A DNA stretch of 64,000 nt from Ptychomitrium polyphyllum. Taxonomy: Eukaryota. A program made the translations under genes and the position numbers. The notes below the pieces were generated by a model. It saw nothing but the letters and a program-made list of their open reading frames with translations. It searched no databases and was not told where the DNA came from. Shown one piece after another: positions 11,587 through 26,900 of this stretch. The DNA lies in assembly GCA_973851085.1 (NCBI GenBank), contig OZ316775.1:496001-560000 (forward strand), in the 5' to 3' direction. Position 1 is the stretch's first letter; each line of letters opens with the position of its first letter.

Positions 11587-14500
11587 ACCTAGCGCTCAAC
11601 TTCACAGAAATTTTGATTCATGTAGAGGATTGTCATGACTGTCCCAGCTCGCTGAGAGGATTGTGGTATTAACTTAACAGCCTGGAAGTGAGCCGCACCC
11701 GTTTTTTGGACCTTTGAGTTAATGTCACAACCCTACTCAGAAATGAATCCTTCCTGTTCGCGAATGAATTTGTAAAGTTCGATTTCGCTGACTACACTGC
11801 GGGATGGCAGTGTGAGATACACAATGTACCAATTACACCACAATAAACTAACGTCGTGGATTTGATGACATTTTTTCATTATGTTACGAAGCCTGGACAG
11901 TCTTAACTTGTTTCTTGCGCTGTATGTGACCAACTTTGCTTTTCTGATATTAAGATTGGATACCTTCAGTTTGTGGCCAGGGGTAATAGGATGCCGTCCT
12001 TACATGAATTAATTTGCTGCTAATATTTTGTGTTCTATTCTGTATGCATATGGTGTCTGTAGACCTGTTTCTGCACAATCTCAGGTTGTCTGTTATATAG
12101 GTGCTACCAGCTATTTGTTCCTGAGGCGTACGATTCACAATTTTTTATATTGGAGATCTATTTGTGGCTAGAGGAAACGACGGAATGTGAAATTCTCTGG
12201 ATGTTCCCCCCTTGCCCAATAGTAGGAGCACACATTCGACTACGCTAATTGTACTTTCCAGGTTAATCAGCTTCAGAAATAGGCAAATAAAAGTACTGGG
12301 AAGTATGTTTGAGTCTAATATTTCAATAGCCATGGACTTTTAGATCTTGTTTTGGAGACAACGAAATTGCATCTGTAGTTACCTTTGCGACTAGATTAAA
12401 AATGTTGTCAGGTATTGTAGTCAGAATCTCTTAGTTCTGCACAAAACTCTCCTGTGTTGCATTTTGTGTTCTATGAAGACATGTATCCCACTCCGTTGTT
12501 TTTAACTCTTCTATGTTGGTTTCATTTCACGTATTTTCACGTCTTTGTGCCATGTCTTGGAATCTGTTGAGTCTTAAGGTCAGCATCTTACAGTTTGTCT
12601 CAAAGGCTTGCACCGCACTGCAGCGTCAATAATTTAGATCTTTTGAAGCTAATTGAGCTCAGAAGAGTCCGCACGGTTCACAAAGGAGTTCCTACAATGC
12701 TATAACTAACATGTTATACAGTTTGATTTAGCAAGTAATCTATCTTCTGTCCAATGGATAGTGCCTTGGTGTCAGTTCTGCAAACACGGCACAATCATAG
12801 CCTCATCGAAGGATAACACGTGAGCCCGAGCTGATTAGTCGTTCCTCACCCACCGTTTTCCAGTAGTTTTTCTTGCTACGGCTGAGCTCCTGCTGTTACA
12901 TTTGCAGAACTAGAATATCAAATACAAATTCAATTTTTCATGTGTACAAAGGTTGGCGATGCAGTTTCCAAATTCTTTTTAATAAAGAAAACATATTTAA
13001 GGCCTTGTCTTCGTTATCTGTTGTTCCTGTAGACTGAAATTAGAGGTAAGAGTAGTTCTAGAGTGTCACCAACCAGATTTAGATGAGTGGCAACATCGCA
13101 ATCAGCAGCTGGACGATCAACTGCAAGAATACAAGGATCTGGCAGAGATAATACCGATTTCTTGTTTTCCTCTGGTTGTAACCTGCTTACTAACGCATGA
13201 CTAAAAATTCAGGTTGTCAAAACCGTTAGTACAAAATAATTTCTCCTCCATTTGAGGATAGAACTTGTCACATTCATGGAGAAGTGTTAAAGAACCTAAC
13301 TAAGTGTAGACGTTCTAGAATCTGAATGACTTGAAACTAATTGCTTGATTGAAACTATATCTGATCTTTGACTATTGTTTAATAAATTTCATAAACTGTG
13401 TCTAGATTAGTTTTACAATTAGGATTTCAACTTCGGACTACTAAACTCATGAAACATTACTCTCCTGTTCAGAATTTCAGAAAACAATAACGCTGTAATA
13501 CTTTTAATTCTGCACCAGGATATTTGTAAAACTGTTCTAGTTTAGGTCAGCCGCCAAATACAATGTCGAATTGTATAATACAGAGGTATGTATCTGATCT
13601 AAAGACGCAAGTTGCTAGTTTAGGGCCTAAATAGGATAGTGGATGCTGCCGCCCGACCACTTGAAGAGATCCATCCAGGCCAATTGGAGTAGGAAGGTAG
13701 AACATGGGTGCATATTGATAACAGAGTCACTTCCTTTAACCTCAGTTGTGCAGGGATGTGTTTCGATTGAGCCTAGGACGGCAACTTGGAGATATGAAGG
13801 CGCGGCAGCAGTTTCTATGAAGAAGGGGTACGTACTACAGCAAGTGGTTTGCGGCGGCAAAATTCACATCCACTCGTCTGCATTGCAGTTTACTGTTACA
13901 AAGAACAATAGAGCAAGGCTCTTTCGTTTTAAGTGTCCAATTTTAGTGTGATTCAAGTAGCGAGCAAGAGGTATAGCCAGAAAGACAATTAGTTCCTCCA
14001 CGACACGGCGGTTGCATGAATATGTTCAAATGCCGCACACATAAGGTTTTGGAGTACTAACTACCTTTGAGTTTGGCGTAATACCTCTTCCTGTCTACTT
14101 GAAGTCACAATGAGATAGGATACATACGTCTCATTTATACCGGTTCTGAAGGGGTACTGAAAGTCTGAATCCTGTTAAAGACATTCGGAGTTGCTGGCCA
14201 TTCGAAGGATTTCGTCGTCAATCGTGTGGGCTGCACCTAGAGCATCATCCATTTCACAATCTAGAATGTGGATCGAGTTTCTTGTTAGGCCACAATTTCA
14301 GTACAAAGTACCTTTCCTCCATTCTCTTTGACTATAAAAATCGACGTGTTTGCAGCTATTGAAAAACATGATTACTTCATCAAGCAGGATCGAAGCATAA
14401 AACCCGATTAATTATTCTCTCGGTATTTTAGGACGTACAGTTTGTTTTACAACATGGTACGAGACTGCAGTAATCGAGTGACCGAAGATAACAGATCGCG

Positions 14501-17500
14501 TACAAATAACGGTTACACTTGCAAGACGGAAGTTGGAATATTACTAAGTAAACCTGCGTGTAGTATTGAACCTGGCCCATCTTGATCTGCAATGCTTAGG
14601 CATGAAATTGACCCTCTCCCAAGCTACAGTTGATTTCAAGCTAATTAACTTGATTAAACTAAAACCAGAGACTAAAACTAGGATTTTTATCTAGTGTACT
14701 AACTTGGACTCTTTAACAGTTGTATGCAAATTTCAATGACAACAGCAATAATTAAGTGTTTCTAACCATGTGCTTACGTTACAAGAGCATATGCCCCACA
14801 GTATAAAGGTTACCAGCTACTACTAGTAACAACAGATATAATATATTATGTATTCAAGTTGGGTTGGACAGGAAACTAAGTGTCATTTATACTAGATTTA
14901 AGCTCGACTTTCAGCTAACGTGAACGAAGCACTTTCAAGGTTCATGTCGATGCTCAAGCTACTTCCAGCTTTGTACACCGACTCTTGAAAACTTGCAGAA
15001 AGGTGAATAAAGATCATGTAAGTTCGAGTTCTTCAATTACAAAGCGGAGAGGTTCTAACTAATAAATAATTAATTACATTGCATCCCTTGCCTATCAATT
15101 GCTCTGTATTTCTGAATTGACATCAATTGATAAGGAGTAGAGATTAATAGATGAATTTAGTTGTTGTATCAAACACAGTCTAACACGACGTGTGGCTCTA
15201 TAAGCAAGGCAGAGGAAATACCAGTGGTGATGAATTTGCAGTACACCACAATGCTGAATCTGTCTTGAAGTTTGCAGAGTTTTGCAGTATTTTCGAGTAC
15301 CAAATATTTTGGCGGTATAAATTTCGAGATACATCAAACATCTGTGCACTTCCAAGTGAAAATTTTAGAATGTGCAGTCAGTGCACTACAAACGACATGT
15401 ATATGAACAGAGTCGTCCATAGTAATATTTATATATCCTAACCTCGATGTGTTAAAGCACGAGCATCACTAATCTCACCAATATTGAGATATAGGATGGT
15501 TCTAGCGCCTAAAATCAGTGACGTTCATTCTGTCAAAGTGAAATGAGACATCACCTACCTCTTGGTTGCACACAGCTTGGCACGAATCTCCTCTTATGTG
15601 ATCATTTGTGAAAGCCTCAGGAGCTCTACAACTATCACTAATTAACGCTTCGACTGCATATGTATGTCTCAACTGATTCCTAATTAAAACTAAAATTTGG
15701 TTGAAGTCGGAAAATGGAAAGCTACACTTGAACCTTAGCATCTGCGACATGGTCAAAGCGGATAGGAATTAATCGTCACATTGAGCTGAGACAAGCTGTT
15801 GGAAATAACTATAGACTGATCATGATGAAGCAGGTACCTGGAGAACTCTAATTAAATAGAAAGTGCACCTAAACCAACTACCACAGCTGATGGGTTCCAC
15901 AAGAGTGAGAGAGTCGTGCCAAGTTGTGGCAGCCAAGGAGTGGAATGCAATTGCAGTGCAACTCGGAATGTCTGCTTTGATCAAGTGCTTGCAATAGATT
16001 CAGAGTGTCCGGAGACCTATTCTTAACCTATCCATACTCTACAAAGGGTCACGATATATGAACAGTGCGAAGTACTGAAAAGACCGTTCGAATCCGCACT
16101 AACCCTCGTTCAGACCTAGTGTGGTTACAGAGCTTGCCTTCCAACTTATACAAGCAATTCAACTAGAATCATGCGTTAACAACTCTCGTTAATAATCAAG
16201 CGATTGAGTAGAACAGTCAAGATTTTCAGACAAAAATCATCACGGTGTCAATGTTGGATTCAACGATCCACAGCATGATACTTTGTGACTAGTGGTTGAT
16301 ATTTACGCCTGCAGGAGCCTGGCAACGATTACTTTCTGGCTAGTAACATTTTAATCTCGTTATATTTATCCTTATCTTTCCAGATCACTTACACAAACGG
16401 CGCCTGAGTTTGAGTTAGTAATTATCTAAACTTCAACATGTTTGTAATTATCTGCATCTCAGGTAGTTCTGGTTGTCATTTTACCTAGTGTGTAAATGAT
16501 CTGCTTGTCAAGGTCAGTTCTTGCGTGTCCACAGCGAAACATTTCAGATGCAACATGATAGTTTACCCCTTGCAATTTGTGAAGGGATCTAACTGCAATT
16601 GAAAAGCCCAGGGAGTACTTGAAATAGGAAAAATTCAAAAAAATAATCATTTCGAAGCATTAGTTCAAAGGTCTCCTCTATTTTAATGAACTAATAAATT
16701 ATTGTCGGAGTTGCAGGGGAGAGTTATCTGAAGCTGCGTGACCCGCCTACCCACATTGATCTTTCAGCTAAATGCCAGAAGTCCATTCGAAAACTTCTAT
16801 GGTCATTATGATTTTTCCTCTTATTTTTCTTTGAAAGCACTGCATTTTGCATTCTGCAGTGAGAATTCAGTTTAGAGGGCATCGGATACTCCGGGTGGGA
16901 GCCAAATTTTGCAGATATTTGAGAACTAGCTGGAAGTCAAATGGCGGGATGGCACCAAATAAGAAGAGAGTGCAATGCCGTGGGGCCGGGGCCATGGCAT
17001 GATGACACCTGATAGGCGAGCACCCCTGATTTTTCACAAGTAGCTGGCTTTGCTGGCACTGTCTCCAGCTTCTGCTCCACCTGGCGACGACAGTGTCACA
17101 GTAGCTCTAGCTAGAGAAAAAGACCCAATCAGGTGAGTGATCCCAATAGCTCCAGCTAAAGGCGCCGAACAGTTGAACTAAGCTGCATAATTGTGCCATC
17201 TAGGCGACGACATTTCCATCATGATACTAATCTACTGTGACAGTTCTTGGCTGGTACATATTTTACCCATTTTCCAAAGGCACAAATGACGGAAAGTATT
17301 TGTTCCTAATATAAAAAGGGGAACAATAAAAATGTTTTTGTCTTTTCCTGAACCAGTACTTGTCACCAATTCAACCGTACTCTGCTACAAAACAGTACAC
17401 CACGAAGTTCACACAAGATCACTTTGGATAGACCTTTGGCCCTCATTCGCTGACCAGTTGAATTCATGTCCATGGAGACCAATTTTATATACATAAACTC

Positions 17501-17920
17501 AACTGGTTTAAGTAGTAACAACAACACTGCACTTGCATACTTGATCTGCAAATATCTCCTACGTTCTATGAACATTCAAAGTATTCCGAAATGCACAACT
17601 GGGCCACAAAGTAACAAAAACCCTGCATCTCCAGCTTTGTGTCCCTCGATGATTTGAAATACTGAAAACTGGAACAATTTGAACTATTTGTACGAATCAG
17701 CAGTTCTTCTCCGATCCTACTTGAAATACTGTACAACAACCTAACCTTCATATAATGAAACAAGTACTACTTCCTCTCAATTCTTCCCCAACTAAAATAC
17801 AAATGATCCCCTGAACGCTCTCCTCCCGTAACAATATGAACATACCCACATGGTACAAACGATTAAATCTAAACCTTTGTTCCTACCTAATCGTCATACG
17901 TGTACTGAGGCAAGGGAAAC

Positions 17921-20900
17921 CTACTCAACTTTTGTGTATTCCATAAGAATATAAGGTGCTCTGTAAATTTTGATCAATGTCCAGAATAAGCCTTCCTCCA
18001 GCTCCAACTCCCCAGCTGCTCGAGCTGCATATATGTCCTCACAAATGGCAACTAACCTGCACGCGCAATATCTCTTATCAGTGAACAGCATTTTCACGAG
18101 GCTTTGTTTTCTGAAATGGCCGAAAATAAAGCTCAATCCCACGGTTCCACGTATATGAACTTGAGAGGGAAACATTTCACTTAACGGAACAAAAACGTAT
18201 ACAAACGATTAGTGGTAGATAGCACGGCACCTATCACAAGCAGGAAAGTTTTCATATGGTATTCGCATGCGAATATCAGCGCACTGCAATCGAATGAACC
18301 TCCCGACTGCCAACACAAATGTAATGTACAAGCTCCAAATGCTAAACCTACTGAGCGTCTCACCCAGAAGACCCTCTGCACATGAAGACATTGTCCGTCA
18401 ATTTGGTTCAAGCGACCAGCATCACTTGATCCTGTGTGAGGAAATAAGAATAGACAGCACTAAGCATATAGCAAAAAAGGCAAAATTCCTTACTAGGAGG
18501 AACCTCCTCAGAAACGGTAACAGCTGCTGGGCCTATCATCGAACCACAATCAGTTGCAAGACTGCTGTCCCGCTCAAAAGACCACCATGTGTGTCCACTT
18601 TCTCGCTTCAATGTCAAGTTTCCAGAGACATAGACCTGATTACAGTATTCACCACACAGGATTAACACTTTCCCTCAAAACAATGTGATTGGTAACTAAG
18701 TGTATCACTAGTAGTGCCATAGAAAGCTCTAAACCCCAGTGGAAGTAAAATCAGAAAATCAAAGGACATGTCACACTGACTAAGAACCGAGAATTCTGAA
18801 CATGTTATGCAATAACAGCCCAACTGCCAAGAGTTCAAGATGCTGCAATCGTTTCGTGTAGGTTTGACCCAGAAATGAGAAGGCATCCATCCACTTCCCA
18901 ACATATGTATTCAGGATAGCATGATAAGTATAGCTGAAAAGGGGCAGTGCGAGCTTACATCGGAACCCTCAAGCGGATGAACGTCACCAGATCCTGGTAC
19001 CCTAAAATACTGTGGGTAAAAGTTCTCAATGTAGATGGAATCTGAGGATCCATTCAGAACTGCCTTCAATTGGTCAGGTAACACATTCATTTCCTGTTGA
19101 GGTTGCAATGGGTATGAAGCCAACTCCTTTTCCTTGGGACGCTCACGGTGGAAATCCCACCAACAGCTAAACACAAGGTCATCCGAATCAATAGAATGTA
19201 TCAAACTATTTAGTGTTGCTGGAGGGATAAGCCAAAGGGAAGCCCCATCAGGTTCGCAGCAAATAACTTGCACGTCACGAGGCTCGTATCCAGCCAGGAC
19301 AATACGATGCTCATCCGGAAATTTTGTGTCCGTCATTGTGTGATTGTGACACAAGCCTGTCTCATAAAGCTTGAAAACTCCACCCGCTGTTTTCACTGAG
19401 ATACCCGCATGAACATCCATCACTAGGTTTGGTGTGTTTGTTGGATTTCCACTACTGTAGATCTGTGAGACAATCCGATTAACAAAAGTCATCAGCAAAA
19501 GCAAACGACCAAGAGATAAACCACAGAAACAACCAGATAACAAATAGACTTCCGTACTTGCAGTCAATTAGAACAGATAAATATAGACAAAGAAATCTTA
19601 GAAAAATCCACAGCAAAAACCGTTTACTATAAACGATAACAAGAAATTAGAAAGAGAAGATAAACACCAGCATGGGAGCCCAAATGACACCAATCAGGAT
19701 TGCAAAAAGAAGAACGCCACTACAGAACTTGATCCACATGCCCTGCTTCTCGCCCAGCCGATGCTTCTCTCGATTAAGCTTATTGTCACATTGTACTAAA
19801 AACAGACTCCCATAGATATCCTCCAGCTGCAGTCCACGTTCCAGGCAGATTTTGAGTATTGTAGTAAAAAAATAAACTTCACTGCCAAAATCTCACGAAG
19901 TTAATCAGCCCATCCATTTCCAGGAAAATCAAGGCAACTGTGAAGTTGAAAAATATACCTTCAGCCAATCGTACATATTGAGAGCTGTAGTGGTACAAGA
20001 CCAGTCTAGTACACATCGAAGCTCAAAGAGGAAAGGGAGTGCACGATATAAGCGGAAACAATTCCAGCTCATGAGGTTGACTTTTCTTGCCAAGAATTGC
20101 CCGTATAAAGCGCTCTTATGAGGGAGACCATATTTTATCTGAATAGCTTGTAAAGCCAAAGACAGTGCCTTCATCATATAGAATATCCTCAGCGGTAAGA
20201 GATGGAAATCGTGTTTGTTCTTTATATCTGCAGTTTCATGATCCTCAACACTCCACACGAACTGTGACACATATCCCGTATACAGCACTAGACTACAGAG
20301 ATAATAAACCACCTTCCCAGATGCAAATGAACAAAGGTAGAGAACCCGATCCACAACGATCAGGAAGAACATCGTCTGCAAAAAACAGCAGCACCAGTCC
20401 ACATAATCCGCTAGTGTCAGAATCAGTGGTTTTATCCTATCACTTTGCCACACTGCTAATACTTCAGCAAACTTGTGATAAATCACGAAGTTGTAGCATT
20501 ACATCCAACTCAATATAAAGTGAGTTGTCTATAAATGGCATACAGTAACCCTAATACTGGCAATTAACAAGATTATGAAATCTGTACATCTGAAGTGTAC
20601 AGAAAGACACAGCTTGTAAACTATTAAACATGGGTTGCACAATATTAAACACAAGTTGCAAAAAGTTGAACAAAGTACTTACCATCAGAACAATAATAAA
20701 ACCTTTTGGGAACTGGTCCTCCACTTGAGTTACGTCGAACAAACCAGAACTGTGTTTCATAAGAGGCTGATAGAAGGCCGCCACAAATAAGAATGTAAGG
20801 AGCTCAGTCCCAAAGATGTAGGCATACAAATCCACCTCTCGTTTGCCTCCAGGAATTACTGACAAGATTGGGTACGGAAATCTGGTAACTTCGAGCAAGT

Positions 20901-23900
20901 TCTCATCTTTCGCTCTCAGAAGTTCATCAGCTAGGTCGGCAGCCGGGGTGAGAGATATATGGTGAGCATCCACCAGAAATGTTTGAGATGGGGCAACATA
21001 GATTACCTCCAGCACTGCTAAAGCAGCTTCGGGCCTATCAGGACTACTCTCAATACTTTCCACCCGAACTCGACTACAATATTTCATGTCAAGACCGTCT
21101 GAATTGAACGACCTTGACTGGCGTACAGCCGCCAGTAGGCGATTGAACCCAGATTCGATTGTTTCAGGTTGTATTCCTGCCTCTGGCCACTTGCCTACTT
21201 CCATGGAGACCTGCACGAAATGGGGTGGTGCTTCACTACCACTAGTCAAAGCTTGAAAATACCTCAACATTCCTAGTCTAAGGCTTGTAAACCAACCTGC
21301 AAAATGTGCTAAGGATGCACATATTCTTTGTGATAGAGGCGACCTAGTCGATAAGCCAGTCTGATTCTCATGGTCTGACACCCGTCGACTCGATGTGAAA
21401 GAGCTGGATTCATTCACAAGCATCCACTCACCATCCCGGGCTTTAATAGAACTCTGCACCAAAGTTGCCAGATAGACCAAGAAAAGCGGGAGGACGCTCA
21501 GAACAAATGAATGCGTCATCTCACCCCCTGGGATGCCAAATTTCTTCAACCATGGAGGGATATACTGATCAGAACAGTGCTGCTGGTGGATCTGGTAGCA
21601 ATATTGCAACAGGATATTGAACTCAATGTAGATTAGCATGGCCAACCAAAAGTATTGACTCGGTCCTGGGTTAACAAGTAAGGCATAAAGGAAGAGGACA
21701 GCTGGAAACATCAGTGTCAGGAAGCTGAAATTCCAAACATACACTAGTATGAAGAAGAAGTAGCAGACGAGATCGGTGTTGGCTCGTAGTTGGGAGTAGA
21801 TGAAATAAAAGATCATAAAAAGGCGTCGCCATGTCTCGTTCATACTAGATTGTTGGTGAGAAATCTCATCCACTGAAACTTTGGGTGGAACCTTGGAATT
21901 ATCCACCAATTCCTGAATAGTAATTTCCTCTTTTTCAATAGAAACGTGATCCTCTTCTGCAGAGGACCCTTCTGTGCTGTCATCCTCATTTTCAAGGTTC
22001 AAGAGTCCAACAAGATTCGCAAGGGCCTTATTTCCAAGGTTCTGCACCTGAGCAACACCCTCCTCTAATAGCTGGACTCCTGACATGAGAACCTGCCTGG
22101 ACTGGTGCTTTCCATCTTCTCCATGATTCCTCTCATGAGCACTTAAATCAGACCCAGTTTTGCGGTGCTCGCCTGATTGATTCCCCATTAATTTCTCATG
22201 CCTCTCCATAACAAGAGCGTCTTCAACGCTCCTCGACTTCTTCTTTAAAGCAGGCTTTCTCCTCCGAACACCTCTATGCTCACTATCACTATCTTCGGAC
22301 TCATGATCTACGAACCCTCCACGTGCGGGATCATTCTCAAAGCTAAGTCGCCTTTCTGTACCAGAATCAGGCCCTCTAGTCGCAGCAGTTTCAGATGCAA
22401 TACGTTCCAAAACTCTGGAGTTGTCCATCAGGGGTCGAGGAGAATGGGAGTAGGGGGAAGCTGAAGGTTGAATACTCTTTTTCCGATCGGTGAGCTCATA
22501 TTGAGGACCATTCGAATCTAGAACATCTAATCGCAGTTGCATGTGAAGCATATCGTGCTTCATCTTGTCAACTTGTTCACGACGATGATGTTTCCGTTCT
22601 TCCATTTCTCGAATCCTCTGCAGCTGCTCTTTCTTCCATTCTGCCTTGTCTTCCTGAAAATCAGATCACAAATGATTACGTGTATATAAAATTAAAAAAC
22701 ACACACGCACGCACGCACGTATATAGAACCATCAATACGTGTGTAAATCTCAATTGTGCTAGTATTTCAGCTATCCTGCTTGCACGACCACTCGGCATGG
22801 ATAAACAGGCTTATCAATGCATCAAAAATAGCTCACCTGCGCATGTGCGCGTGCCTCCACTTGCTGGGCCTCGAGGTAACGCAAGACTTGCTCAAACTCA
22901 CGGGACCGGAATATATGGGCTTGAAGACCAACCAGGCAGAAGATGGTGATGTCAACCAATGCAGACCTTTCCGTGATGCGAAACCCATGGTCATATTTGT
23001 AGAGGCCAATGTAGCTCAACAGACCTTGAGGCAGTGTGCACGTTTGATCACCAGCAAAGCCAAAATAGGGTGCTTGATAAGTCAATGACGCAACAATGAG
23101 GATGAAATTATACAACCTTAAGAAACGGAATATAGAGTTACGACGCTCCATAATCGTGCCACGCATGCGAAAGAAAATAAGTGACATCGCCAGGTATCCC
23201 AAGTGAAGAACGTCATATTGCAGTGTCCCAGTTATAAAGACAAGCAAGAGGACAACATGTAGGAGATGGCGGTAGAAAGCGAATCGCAAATAGTCGAGCC
23301 ACGTCCACTGTGCAGTGGTTTCGTATGATATCTCCTTCCAAGCCAGTTGGTCACTCGCAGGTAATATGCCACCGTGTAATGAGCGTGGATCCAGCATTCC
23401 AGCTGCCATGTTTGCATGCAATTGGAAGCACGCTACTATAAAAACCACAAAATGAGCTACCAGCATTTGACGATCATCAACTGTGAGTCCTATCAATGTC
23501 CAACACACAATGCTCATCAGAATTAGACACTCAGTAGACAACTCATTAACACCTTTGCATTAACGATACTAATGCACCACCCAGAGACATATTGTGGCGA
23601 ACAAGAAGATCGCATTGATAATGATTTTCAAACCCAAAAAAGATTTTAAAATTTAAATATCAGACACCACTCTTCTTTCGAGAGACTTATGGCATAGTAC
23701 ATACTGATTCTATCAACGACAAGGAGCTATATGATATTCGCATTTCTTTCGCGAGCACTGACTCTTGATGCAGAAGAAGACAGGTCTACCAAAACTCATA
23801 AAAGGAAAACATACAAAAAAGGCAAGCATACGTAGTAACGTACCCAGCCAGCATTGCCAGCAAAAAAAGTTGTGGCTAGTGTAGCTGCTCCAACATTGAA

Positions 23901-26900
23901 CACACTGAAGGTGTGAATCCAGTGAATGAAGAGGGGGCACAGTCCATGGTGGAGGTGCACGGCCAAGTACAGCATACTCAATCACCATTATACATGCAAA
24001 TAGAACCACAAAGAATGGCCACAGTACCCGTAGAGTTCGTCGTTGCAGCATGATGCAAAGGGCCAAAATGAAAATGTAAAAGAGTGAAAAAATATTAAGA
24101 AGGGCAAAGCTGGATAACAGCAGGGCAAACATGCTGAGCTCAAGTCCATAGAGCTGACAGAAGTGCTCAATCCTGTGCTTGAACATAATGCTCAACGTTC
24201 GCAACTGAGCCTCATACCTCTCCTGTTAAAAATGTAGTCGACTTGTTACTTAAATAAACATCTCAATCAGAACTGATGAGAGGCAGTGAAATAGACAAGA
24301 AAACAAATATATGCATGCCTGCCTCGAGAGAACTCTGCTTAGAGACTGCCTAAAAAATTCCAACAAAATCAACTATCAAGAAACAAAGAACAAACCTGTC
24401 TTAGCAGAAGCATGCCTCTCCTTGTCCATTTTCTGCTTCCCGAAAGACTTCCCCATGGGGACTCTAGCTTTGGACGCCCATTGACATCGTTCAAATTGCT
24501 GATTGATACAGATTGCTTAGGTCGGACAACTGAGGAATTTGTGTCTGATTCAGAAGTAGCAGATGGAAGGAAGCTCTGGCTTCTGACTAGCGGTTGCTTT
24601 GCACTAGCAGGTCCCCTTTTCTGAGCCTTGTCAAGCAACGGCTCAGTGATACCAGCAGAACGCACGCTGCTACCAACGCGTCGTAGATAGGGAGCAAAAA
24701 GTAAACAGGGCTCTCCATAATGCTCATTCACACGGAAAGAAGCTGGCAAGAGTTCAAACCATCCTAATGTGGTGCATTTTAAAATGCACATCATTAATAC
24801 AATCACTCGGCTCCGCATCCCTGACTCAAGTCCCCAGAATCCCGCTTCGAATACCCTTAGACCTAGCCAATATGCAAATTCGCCATGCGCTTGGTCTGGG
24901 AACATCTCTGAATTCTGGCCCCACATCTGATATAGGTACTCAATCATGATGATGAAAGATGTATAAAGAACATACGTTTGGCCTGGAAGGGAAGAGGTCT
25001 TAGACATGTTACAAGTCACAACAAGCATAATAAGGTAGAAGAACCCCAACGCGCTGACAGGAGTAATGGCTGCATAAAACACAGCTACAGAGAGGAGCTT
25101 CCCGGTGTGAAGAATCAATAATCGCTTTATGAGGCCTACGTATCCAAAGTTGGAGTCAGCTTGGTAAATCCCTTCCTCCGTATCCTCTGGTGCAAGAGCT
25201 TTCTGATTACGCTCAAATTTGTATACCTCCATGACGATGAGAATGGCCAATGGGTCCCAAAGATGTTGAAACAGTGATGCCGCAGGATCAAATCCAAGGT
25301 AAAGTTGAAGCATTATCCGTGCATCAACATACTGTTGCAGTATTGGAAAGGCACTTAAGATGTACCGCACAATAAAGACAGCAGCAGAATACACCAAAAG
25401 CGGAAACCAGAGATGTTCTTCAGTTTTTCCAATGACCTGGCGTCCAATAATCCAAAATAGAAGAAGGAAGAGGTACCCAAAGGCTACATAGTTTTGAACA
25501 ACACTGTAGACAACAAGGAGTACGGTGCAATAAGCGATGTATGTACCAAACATGTGATAAGTACCCCTTATGTTGTCTGCCGTTGTAGCAAGAAATTTTG
25601 TGACCCAATGAGCTGCACCAACACAAGAAGACAAGACAAATGTCAGAAGGCACACAAGTGTCAGTAATAAAGAAGACAGACGCCCTTTAATTTCCTCATA
25701 AATTATTATTGTAAAATTATAATGACAAAATAAAATAAAGCTCCAACATGTTCATGGCTGCTAGTAGTTCCATTGAACCAATTACAATAAGAAAGTTTAT
25801 AGTCTCACTTCTAATTAAAACAGATTAAAAGAACTCGATCAAATTGACCTCCATCCTGCTACACTACAAAAGAACAATCAAAACAACAAGATTTTAGTTG
25901 CATCAACATGTACCTGAAGTGTCACTTTCTTGCTGTAGTTGATTGAAATTTGTCGAGGCATATACAGACAAGAGAATTGAACGCCCATTTCCAGTTCTGA
26001 GAATGCCCCACCCAAGTGGGGGTTGAGGGCTTTGCAGCACTGCAGCAGATAACGAGCTTGCAACCTTGAGTCCGTGGTTCTGTACAGATGAGAACACTAA
26101 TAAAACTGCTATGCCCACAAAGTCTTCGATCTTGGCGTTATGCCATATACCTGCAAATCGACAACAAGTATGAGCAAGCCAACTTTCTTCAAAAAAAACA
26201 AGCTCCCTGAAATACACCATTTTATAAAAATAGCAACACGATTAGCAATAAAAAAAACATGTGCTTGCATAAGAAGTGAAAAACAAAGCCAGAGGATAGT
26301 TCAACAATCAACCTAGAAGAGAGAAAATAGGCTTAAGCATCTCAGCGTGTTCAGCAAGATGTGCTGATATCCAATCCAGCTGTAGAAGGTAGAGCAACGC
26401 AAAGTGCAGCTCGCAAAGCAGGATCAGAGATTGTCTCGTGGCTTTCGCCACAGATGAACTCAGTAAATACAAAAGGAAAAAACCCACTGTAAACAACCAC
26501 GCATTCATTACTAAGTTTCTCAGTCACAAATCGCAAATTTAGGAAAAGAATTCTATTTAGTAGTAACCTTTTATTAGATGTAACCTCACTGTGATCATAA
26601 CAATATCACAAAGAAAAATAAAGTTCAGTGGACTACAAACAATGATATTTATGACCTCAAAAATATTTACAAGACTATTACAGTACTGAAGTGTGGCAAT
26701 CTCAAGTTTGAAATCAAAATCCATAGTTCATAAAGGCACAGCGTAATGATTCCCACAACGAGTCAAAACGACAGAACAGAAAGATTTTACACTTACTGTA
26801 AACTGCATGCAGCAAACCATCCTTCATGCCCACATTGAAAATGAGGATCAACGATATAACATGGGCGCTTCTGCGCACAACCCAGGCTACTACTGCTAGT

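Noticed and set aside
15925..15945. miR169-like CAGCCAAGGA
   Set aside because: Only a 10-nt match and no supporting fold-back precursor seen.
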